NCBI GenBank assembly: GCA_964424175.1 | Contig: CAYRIA010000002.1 | Location: 5,360-39,833 of the forward strand | DNA: 34,474 nucleotides | From: an uncultured Oscillospiraceae bacterium | GTDB lineage: Bacteria > Bacillota > Clostridia > Oscillospirales > Oscillospiraceae | Direction: 5' to 3' | Shown: positions 27,631 through 34,474 of the stretch, in pieces | Layout: each line of letters begins with the position of its first letter | How positions within the stretch are numbered: position 1 is the stretch's first letter | The notes under the pieces: generated by a model | The model's database searches: none | What the model was told of the DNA's origin: nothing | Seen by the model: only the letters and a program-made list of their open reading frames with translations | Translations under genes and position numbers: made by a program

Positions 27631-27715
27631 TGCTGCGGGGGATTGCTTTTTTCCCAAGCCTGCGGTAAAATAGACTCGGAAAGATTTTTCCGGCATCTGA
27701 CAGGAGGCGTAGGAC

Positions 27716-27997
27716 ATGAACGAGGATTTTGGCAATGACATTATTACCATCACAGACGATGATGGGAACGAATACGTTCTCGAGCATCTGCATACACTGG
27801 AACATAAGGGCGGATTCTACATGGCGTTTCTGCCTACCGATATAGACGAGGACGATGAGGACTACGGACTCATCATCTTAAAAGTCATCGTGGAGAATGG
27901 CGAGGAGATATTAGGCTCAATTGACAACCCCGATGAGTTAGAGGAGGTATATGAATTATTTGCCGTGGTTCTTTTTGACGAAGAGGACCAGGGATAA
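27716..27997 (+). CDS. DUF1292 (YrzB/UPF0473-like) acidic small protein
   Basis: ITITDDDGNEYVLEHLHTLEHKGGFYMAFLP...DYGLIILKV...EEILGSIDNPDELEEVYELF is the typical DUF1292 pattern. Confidence 0.8.
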   Translation: MNEDFGNDIITITDDDGNEYVLEHLHTLEHKGGFYMAFLPTDIDEDDEDYGLIILKVIVENGEEILGSIDNPDELEEVYELFAVVLFDEEDQG

Positions 27998-28033
27998 GTT
28001 CCATATCAGGCAAATTTTTCAAGTATTTTTTCT

Positions 28034-28062
28034 TTGATTTTCAGTGGCCCATGCTGTATACT
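28034..28062 (+). promoter_or_regulatory. Candidate sigma-A promoter of the orphan RNA unit
   Basis: TTGATT (28034-28039), 17 nt spacer, TATACT (28057-28062). No ORF with an SD follows. Confidence 0.45.
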
Positions 28063-28124
28063 TTCATTGGGCAGGCTTTGCTTGCCCGATGAAATAAACA
28101 CAGCGGTTTTACAAAACCTGCTGT

Positions 28125-28300
28125 GTGCGTGAGGGGTCTTTTAAAACCCACATCTCTTATAAGGGACGCCGAGGCTTCCGCTGTGAATTGCAGGCCTCCC
28201 GGGACGGCTTTGACCGCTCTTGGACGTTGGAAGCAGAGAAACAGCGGAGAGGCGACCCACCTGCAATTACGTGCAGGTTCTTATAAGATCCCCACGGCAA
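28125..28300 (+). ncRNA. Candidate structured sRNA with 6S-RNA-like rod architecture (family unconfirmed)
   Basis: GGGGTCTTTTAAAACC (28133-28148) pairs with GGTTCTTATAAGATCCCC (28276-28293). AATTGCAGG (28186-28194) pairs with CCTGCAATT (28260-28268). This leaves a large asymmetric internal loop and a GC-rich apical domain. The unit is bracketed by a promoter and a T7 terminator and has no credible ORF. Confidence 0.45.
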
Positions 28301-28310
28301 TAGCGGGCTC

Positions 28311-28341
28311 GACCGGCGTTTTCGTGCGCCGGTCTTTTTTT
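28311..28341 (+). terminator. Intrinsic terminator of the RNA unit / DUF1292 transcript
   Basis: GACCGGCG (28311-28318) and CGCCGGTC (28327-28334) followed by TTTTTTT. Confidence 0.75.
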
Positions 28342-28393
28342 GCGCCCGAGCCACTTGAACGGTGGGCTGCGAAAAAAGCGGCAGACGAAGAAA

Positions 28394-28423
28394 GCGGCCG
28401 GAGAGGTTTTAATCCCCGGCCGC
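28394..28423 (-). terminator. Intrinsic terminator of gdhA
   Basis: GCGGCCGG (28394-28401) and CCGGCCGC (28416-28423). On the minus strand it is followed by TTTCTTCGT...TTTTTT. Confidence 0.6.
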
Positions 28424-28444
28424 CAGACGATGCTTTATCCTTGT

Positions 28445-29818
<1,374 letters not shown>

Positions 29819-29853
29819 TTACCCTTTTGATGTGCTGTGGTGAAGCACTTAAT

Positions 29854-29882
29854 ATAATATGCAGATTTATGCGATTTTGCAA
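29854..29882 (-). promoter_or_regulatory. Candidate gdhA promoter
   Basis: Minus strand: TTGCAA (plus-strand 29877-29882), 17 nt spacer, TATTAT (plus-strand 29854-29859). Confidence 0.5.
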
Positions 29883-30150
29883 GTTAATTCTTGCACAAAA
29901 TCGAAAAAACTGCGGAGGAATACGCGAGATATTTTGAAACTGCCCGAAACACACGACGGGCAAAGCCTTACTGAGGAATGGAGAAACGCTCGACGTGCCG
30001 ATTTGTGCATCGGAGGAGGACATGAAGGCTGGTGAAATTATTGACTATATCTCCCTGCAAATTTCCAATTTTGAAGAAGTGCGCGCCGCAGGGAAAAGGC
30101 TAAAACGGAGTCATGGAAAAGGTGCTGCAGCGCAGGCTTGCCGATATTGC

Positions 30151-30185
30151 AAAAAAGTCGTCGCGGATGATTCATCCGCGACGAC
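30151..30185 (-). terminator. Intrinsic terminator of the tRNA operon
   Basis: GTCGTCGCGGATGA (30157-30170) and TCATCCGCGACGAC (30172-30185). On the minus strand it is followed by TTTTTT (plus-strand A6 at 30151-30156). Confidence 0.8.
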
Positions 30186-30186
30186 G

Positions 30187-30271
30187 TGGTGGAGGAGGGT
30201 GGATTCGAACCACCGAAGTCACTGACAACAGATTTACAGTCTGCCCCCTTTGGCCACTCGGGAACTCCTCC
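30187..30271 (-). tRNA. tRNA-Tyr (GTA), type II with long variable arm, CCA encoded
   Basis: The minus strand reads GGAGGAG...GCAGA-CUGUAAA-UCUGU...GGUUCGAAUCCACC-CUCCUCC-A-CCA. 85 nt. Confidence 0.95.
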
Positions 30272-30299
30272 ATATTCAATTGGCTGAAAAGCTGTACTG

Positions 30300-30375
30300 T
30301 GGAGCTGGTGGACGGATTCGAACCCCCGACCTGCTGATTACAAATCAGCTGCTCTACCGGCTGAGCTACACCAGC
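30300..30375 (-). tRNA. tRNA-Thr (TGT), CCA encoded
   Basis: The minus strand reads GCTGGTGTAGCTCAGCCGGTAGAGCAGCTGATTTGTAATCAGCAGGTCGGGGGTTCGAATCCGTCCACCAGCTCCA. 76 nt. Confidence 0.95.
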
Positions 30376-30393
30376 ACGTCATCAGCGAGATTC

Positions 30394-30422
30394 ATAATAG
30401 CAAAATTCTAAAGTTTTGTCAA
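30394..30422 (-). promoter_or_regulatory. Promoter of the tRNA-Thr/tRNA-Tyr operon
   Basis: Minus strand: consensus TTGACA (plus-strand 30417-30422), 17 nt spacer, TATTAT (plus-strand 30394-30399), about 12-20 nt upstream of the tRNA-Thr 5' end. Confidence 0.7.
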
Positions 30423-30565
30423 CATCTATTTTACCTTCGATAGACATAAGGATAGAGAACTGCTCTGCGGCAGTTTGCCGCTTCCTATACCTCCGGGGAA
30501 AGTCTCCTCAGGCGCGTGCGGCTCACGATCAACGAGCGGTTGGCAGAAGGGTAGAGAGACCTGAG

Positions 30566-30595
30566 TTTGCATAAAGGGTGGGTTTATGATATGAT
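30566..30595 (+). promoter_or_regulatory. Candidate promoter of the GH25 gene
   Basis: TTTGCA (30566-30571), 18 nt spacer, TGaTATGAT (30587-30595). Confidence 0.35.
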
Positions 30596-30707
30596 ACGCG
30601 CGTTGTTGCTCTCGTACAGACTAAACTGTAACTATCACAACGGTGGGTTGAGCCTGCAGAATACGAAAGCCTGCTGTGCCGGGCAAAGTTGAAAGGGTTA
30701 AGGGACT

Positions 30708-31616
30708 ATGGGATTCACTTCTGCAAAGCTGAGAGGGTTTGCGGTGGTTCTGTTGGGGCTGGTTCTTATGAGCCTCGGAGCCTGCAGACGGATGGAGGAG
30801 ATCGACCCCCACGCCGGGATGGTGCTTGTGGCCGATGGACGTGGCGGAGAAATGTGGGTGCCGCGCTATGAGAACGTACCCGCGGCGAACTTTTCCGAGG
30901 AGGATTTCTCTGCCGATGGCAGCTACATAGATTACGCAGGCACAGCCCTGCGCGGTATCGATGTATCCGAGCACCAAGATCAGATCGATTGGCAGGCCGT
31001 CAGGGACGATGGTGTGGAGTTTGCGATCATCCGAGCAGGCTACAGGGGCTTCAGCGAGGGACTGCTCTATGAGGACAACTTTTTCCGCATCAATATTGAA
31101 GGTGCACGCGCAGCAGGGCTGAAGGTCGGTGTCTATTTTTTTTCGCAGGCCGTGAATACGGCGGAGGCCGCAGAGGAGGCGGAATTCCTATTGGGCATCA
31201 TTGACGGCTTTGCGCTGGAGCTACCGGTATTTTTTGACTGGGAACTGGTTGACGGCGTTGGTGAAACCCGGGCGGACACGGTTGACGGGGATATGGTCAC
31301 GGATTGTTGCCTTACCTTCTGTGGGGCGGTCGAAAGTGCAGGCTATCGCGCAGGGGTCTATTTTTATCGCTCTCTAGGCTATTATGATTATGCGCTTGAC
31401 AGGCTGACGGATTATATTTTTTGGGTTGGTGCGCCGGGGGATGTTCCCGATTTTTACTATGAACATGCAATCTGGCAATATTCCTTTACTGGCACGGTCG
31501 GTGGAATTACGGGTGGGACCGACTTGAACCTGCTCTTTGAGACAGGACTTGTCGAGACGAGTGCAGAGCCCGGCCTTGTCGTTCCGCCGGAGGTTACGCT
31601 TCCGCAGGACGGATAG
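30708..31616 (+). CDS. GH25 family muramidase (lysozyme), predicted lipoprotein
   Basis: Signal peptide with lipobox (VLLGLVLMSLGAC). GIDVSEHQDQIDWQAVRDDGVEFAIIRAGYRG...AGLKVGVYFF matches the GH25 core. Confidence 0.88.
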   Translation: MGFTSAKLRGFAVVLLGLVLMSLGACRRMEEIDPHAGMVLVADGRGGEMWVPRYENVPAANFSEEDFSADGSYIDYAGTALRGIDVSEHQDQIDWQAVRDDGVEFAIIRAGYRGFSEGLLYEDNFFRINIEGARAAGLKVGVYFFSQAVNTAEAAEEAEFLLGIIDGFALELPVFFDWELVDGVGETRADTVDGDMVTDCCLTFCGAVESAGYRAGVYFYRSLGYYDYALDRLTDYIFWVGAPGDVPDFYYEHAIWQYSFTGTVGGITGGTDLNLLFETGLVETSAEPGLVVPPEVTLPQDG

Positions 31617-31755
31617 TCTTAACCGGGCAAATGTAAAACGGAGCTACAAGATCCTGCGACGCAAAGGTACGTCTAAGCGAGATCAAGGGGCGCAGTTTCT
31701 ACGTTATGCGATAGCTGTTAACACCGGATAAGCATGCTCAATGTATCATGGTGCT

Positions 31756-32664
31756 TTATTCAAATTGTACCCGGTTACGGCCACTGTTCTTTGCCTTGTA
31801 AAGCATATGGTCAGCTTGCTCAATGAAATTACACAAGCGGTCCGTCGCTTTTGGCCTTATGGTTGCCACGCCGATGCTCACTGTAGCTTTGGTAGCACAA
31901 TGGGCGTTGAAGCAGAAGACCTCGGCTCTTTCTACGCTTTTGCGCATATGCTCAGCGGCGACAACCGCCCCCGCTAAGTCGGTACCCGGCAGCAGAACAG
32001 AAAATTCCTCGCCGCCGTAACGATACAATAGGTTCGTGGTGAGCTTTAGCTCAGTGCTGAGCGCGTTTGCGACACACTGCAGCATGATATCGCCCTGCGG
32101 ATGGCCAAATGTATCGTTATATACTTTGAATTTATCAATATCAAGCATGGTCATACTGATTTCGCTTTGTTCACGGATGGCGCGCTCCCATTCGTAACGG
32201 ATTTGGGTGTCAAAGGCTCGTCGGTTGGAAATGCCGGTCAGCGCGTCTATAAGACCCAGGCGCTCGATGGTTTGCATCTGTTTGATGATATGAATCTGCG
32301 TATTTACACGAGCTCTGACAATGCTGTTTTTTAACGGCTTTTTGATATAGTCCACCGCTCCCAGCATAAAGCCACGCTCCTCGTCCTCGTCATTGACGAG
32401 ACCGGTGATGATAATGACGGGGATGTTCTGGCTTTGCTCCATGCTTTTGAGCGTCGTCAGCACATCAAAGCCATTGGCATCGGGAAGGATGATGTCCAAC
32501 AGAATCAGATGTGGCCGAAACTGTGTTACCTTTTCGAACGTTTCCTTGGCGGTAAGGGCCTGAGCTAGCGTGTAGGCATCCCCAAGTATCGTATGGATGA
32601 TACGCTGATTCAAGGGACTGTCTTCAACGACCAGTATTCTGTACTTAGATTCATCTCCCAACAC
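31756..32664 (-). CDS. Response regulator with GGDEF diguanylate cyclase output (REC-GGDEF)
   Basis: Receiver (ILVVEDS...LILLDIILPDANGF...IIITGL), DALTGISNRRAF and the active-site YRYGGEEF. GTG start about 9 nt after GAGGAG. Confidence 0.92.
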   Translation of the reverse strand: MLGDESKYRILVVEDSPLNQRIIHTILGDAYTLAQALTAKETFEKVTQFRPHLILLDIILPDANGFDVLTTLKSMEQSQNIPVIIITGLVNDEDEERGFMLGAVDYIKKPLKNSIVRARVNTQIHIIKQMQTIERLGLIDALTGISNRRAFDTQIRYEWERAIREQSEISMTMLDIDKFKVYNDTFGHPQGDIMLQCVANALSTELKLTTNLLYRYGGEEFSVLLPGTDLAGAVVAAEHMRKSVERAEVFCFNAHCATKATVSIGVATIRPKATDRLCNFIEQADHMLYKAKNSGRNRVQFE

Positions 32665-32816
32665 GTTGGCTTCTCCTCAGAGCTCGGCGCCTTAACGAAA
32701 CGATAGGATGTGCGTTAAGGGCGAAAGCAGTTTATTTATCGCTTGTTTAATTTGCAAATGGAGCATAATCCCCCAAAATCAGGGTGAAATGATAAGGATC
32801 AATATAATGTTATGTC

Positions 32817-32845
32817 ATTATAGCAGAAATTTATATTTTCAACAA
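32817..32845 (-). promoter_or_regulatory. Candidate promoter of the REC-GGDEF gene
   Basis: Minus strand: TTGTTG (plus-strand 32840-32845), 17 nt spacer, TGcTATAAT (plus-strand 32817-32825). Implies a leader of roughly 145 nt. Confidence 0.4.
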
Positions 32846-32902
32846 GAAATCAATAATATTGTGCAGAAGAAATCAAGTTTTTTTGTTAGCTTCAGATAAA
32901 GC

Positions 32903-32936
32903 AGAAACGGAGCCACAAAATGACTCCGTTTCTTTT
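32903..32936. terminator. Hairpin terminator downstream of the 160-aa gene
   Basis: AGAAACGGAG (32903-32912) and CTCCGTTTCT (32924-32933). TTTT follows on the plus strand and GCTTTAT on the minus strand. Confidence 0.55.
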
Positions 32937-32955
32937 AGATATCGTAAATATTTGA

Positions 32956-33438
32956 CTATTCAGCGGGAGCTTCGGGAAGAGCCTCATCGGGAGATGAAGG
33001 GGCTGCCGGCTCGACCTCAACTGTGGGGGTGTCCGGAACGAAATCTGTCTCAGTCGCGGCTTTGTCTGCGCAGTCGTCTACCGTAAGCTCGGTGAACTCG
33101 ACCTCAACGTCACCGCTCTTTGTGGACAGACCGGCGCGAAGCTCGTCAAGCTCGGAGAGAATGTGCGAGATGTTCTCGTTTGCCAGCGTGATCTCGTCGC
33201 AAAGCTGGACAAAGAAGCCGTCGGGCGCATTTTTACGTGTTTCGTAGTAGAGCTTGCCGATCTCTAGATACGCCTTTTCGATGGTATCCTTCTCTGCACC
33301 AAGTTCCATGTTGAGCTTGGCAATGCGCGCAACGTCCTTTGCCTTGTCGGCTGCCTTTTCGGCAAAGCCGCGGGTTTTGCCGGCAACTGTGCCGAGTGTA
33401 TTCAGAATTGCGCCCTTGATCTCATTGATATCTGCCAT
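32956..33438 (-). CDS. Hypothetical coiled-coil protein with an acidic, Pro-rich C-terminus
   Basis: 160 aa with a strong SD (AAGGAGG). Lies 43 nt downstream of lgt on the same strand. I recognise no family. Confidence 0.6.
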   Translation of the reverse strand: MADINEIKGAILNTLGTVAGKTRGFAEKAADKAKDVARIAKLNMELGAEKDTIEKAYLEIGKLYYETRKNAPDGFFVQLCDEITLANENISHILSELDELRAGLSTKSGDVEVEFTELTVDDCADKAATETDFVPDTPTVEVEPAAPSSPDEALPEAPAE

Positions 33439-33481
33439 AGTTCTACCTCCTTAAAATATGTGGATATGTAGCTTATACCGC

Positions 33482-34381
33482 TTATTCTGCTTCTTCGTGT
33501 TCGGCTTCGGGCTCGGCGGGCTTTGCCGCCATGACATTGACAAATAGCCGTTCCCTGCTGTGCGGGCGAGAGCCATTGACCGCAAGGTACAAGAGCGCCG
33601 CAAGGCAGCTTGCACCGGCGAGAAGCTGCGAAACGCGCAGGCCTGTGTCTAAGAAATACAGGCTGTCCGTCCGCAGACCCTCGATCAGCATGCGACCGAA
33701 GCCGTACCACGCAACGTACATGGCAAAGAGCTGCCCGTCGTAGCGCCTCTTTCCGGCTTTGGAAAACACGTGTAGAATCAAAAGCCCCACAAGGTTCCAA
33801 AGCGATTCGTAGAGGAAGGTGGGGTGGACATAGATGGTTCTACCTGAGGAGTCAGTCAGCCCCATGCGACAAAAGATCTCTGTTTCAGCACCGAAGGCCT
33901 CACGGTTGATGAAGTTAGCCCAACGGCCGACGGCCTGACCGATTAGCAGCCCAAGCCCGCCGATATCGAAGAAGGGTCCGACGGGGAGCTTTTTAACTCG
34001 GCAATAGATCATTACGGCCAGCATTGCGCCGATGACCGCACCGTAAATGGCAAGGCCGCCCTCCCAGACCTTAAATACGTTCCAGAAATTTCCCTTAATC
34101 AGCGAATAATTGAAGATGACGTAATACAGTCGTGCGCCGATAACTGCGGCGGGTACGGCGGAGAGTAGCATGTCAATGATGTTATCCTGCGTCAGACCAA
34201 AATCCCTGCAGCGGCAGTTTGCGTAGAGATAGGCCAGAATGAAGCCCAGCGCTATGATCAGACCATACCAGTGTAGGGTAAGCCCAAACAGGGAATATGT
34301 CCCGGGCGCAGAAAACGCGAAGCCCTCTCCCAGCAGCGGGAAGCTGATTGTGGCGTCAGGCATGCTTTGGATGATTTCCAT
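33482..34381 (-). CDS. lgt: Prolipoprotein diacylglyceryl transferase
   Basis: LHWYGLIIALGF, GARLYYVIFNY, WEGGLAIYGAVIG, GQAVGRWANFINREAFG, HPTFLYESLWN. Confidence 0.95.
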   Translation of the reverse strand: MEIIQSMPDATISFPLLGEGFAFSAPGTYSLFGLTLHWYGLIIALGFILAYLYANCRCRDFGLTQDNIIDMLLSAVPAAVIGARLYYVIFNYSLIKGNFWNVFKVWEGGLAIYGAVIGAMLAVMIYCRVKKLPVGPFFDIGGLGLLIGQAVGRWANFINREAFGAETEIFCRMGLTDSSGRTIYVHPTFLYESLWNLVGLLILHVFSKAGKRRYDGQLFAMYVAWYGFGRMLIEGLRTDSLYFLDTGLRVSQLLAGASCLAALLYLAVNGSRPHSRERLFVNVMAAKPAEPEAEHEEAE

Positions 34382-34474
34382 ATGTTTGATTCCTTCTTTC
34401 CGTTAACCTGAACAAGGCAACCCTCCCTGTAGGGCGAGTTCAGATTGCCTTGTTCAGCTTACTCAGCGTTCCAG

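Noticed and set aside
28060-28341. Alternative identities for the structured RNA: SRP RNA, tmRNA, RNase P RNA or a known riboswitch
   Set aside because: It lacks the SRP domain IV sequence (GGUCCGGAAGGAAGCAGC), any tRNA-like acceptor/T-arm with CCA, and the RNase P P4 signature (GAGGAAAGUCC). I could not find the core motifs of TPP, SAM, FMN, B12, glycine, lysine, purine, ZTP, ykkC or ydaO classes. No plus-strand gene lies downstream for a cis-regulator to control.
29995-30225. Small plus-strand ORF with a good SD (GGAGGAGGAC-ATG at 30020; MKAGEIIDYISLQISNFEEV...)
   Set aside because: After about 20 plausible residues it becomes basic junk. It reads through the tRNA-operon terminator and ends inside tRNA-Tyr on the opposite strand. 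I recognise no family. It is most likely fortuitous, although only Ribo-seq could fully exclude a micro-protein.
30596-30707. Possible riboswitch in the leader of about 105 nt in front of the GH25 muramidase gene
   Set aside because: Only short local hairpins are present (TACAG-ACTAAA-CTGTA; CGTTGT...ACAACG). Nothing matches the ydaO/c-di-AMP or other classes I can recognise by eye. Too weak to report.
34408-34474. 13-bp stem (CTGAACAAGGCAA / TTGCCTTGTTCAG) upstream of lgt, and a possible minus-strand gene end at the window edge (…LER-TGA near 34463)
   Set aside because: The hairpin has a 24-nt loop and no U tract on the relevant strand. Only about 12 nt of the putative upstream gene are visible, so neither can be annotated with confidence.

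Overview
GC-rich Firmicutes/Clostridia-type chromosomal segment with AT-rich intergenic regions. It is almost entirely core housekeeping. I found no transposases, integrases, CRISPR arrays, toxin-antitoxin pairs or recognisable defence genes. Gene order: 5'-truncated MCP; darA-holB-ricT operon; convergent asp23-fakA(yloU-yloV) pair; single-chain pyruvate:ferredoxin oxidoreductase; butyryl-CoA:acetate-type CoA-transferase paralogue; Sfp-type PPTase; lipoprotein plus OmpR-type regulator plus PAS-less histidine kinase; DUF1385-prmC; recA-recX; rimO; pgsA; a textbook Cys T-box leader in front of cysE-cysS; class A PBP; a small BofC-like membrane protein; DUF1292; gdhA; a tRNA-Thr/tRNA-Tyr operon; GH25 lipoprotein muramidase; REC-GGDEF regulator; a coiled-coil protein and lgt. 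The best candidate for something not explained by protein genes is a promoter-to-terminator unit at about 28.03-28.34 kb. It has no credible ORF and folds into a long rod-like, 6S-type RNA with mutually exclusive helices. The family assignment needs a covariance-model search. Secondary leads are the lipoprotein-RR-HK trio, repeat and palindrome arrays in the PBP1A divergent promoter region, a long basic disordered tail on RicT, and an unusual CoA-transferase 5' region. Many long track ORFs antisense to real genes are GC-composition artefacts and were rejected.
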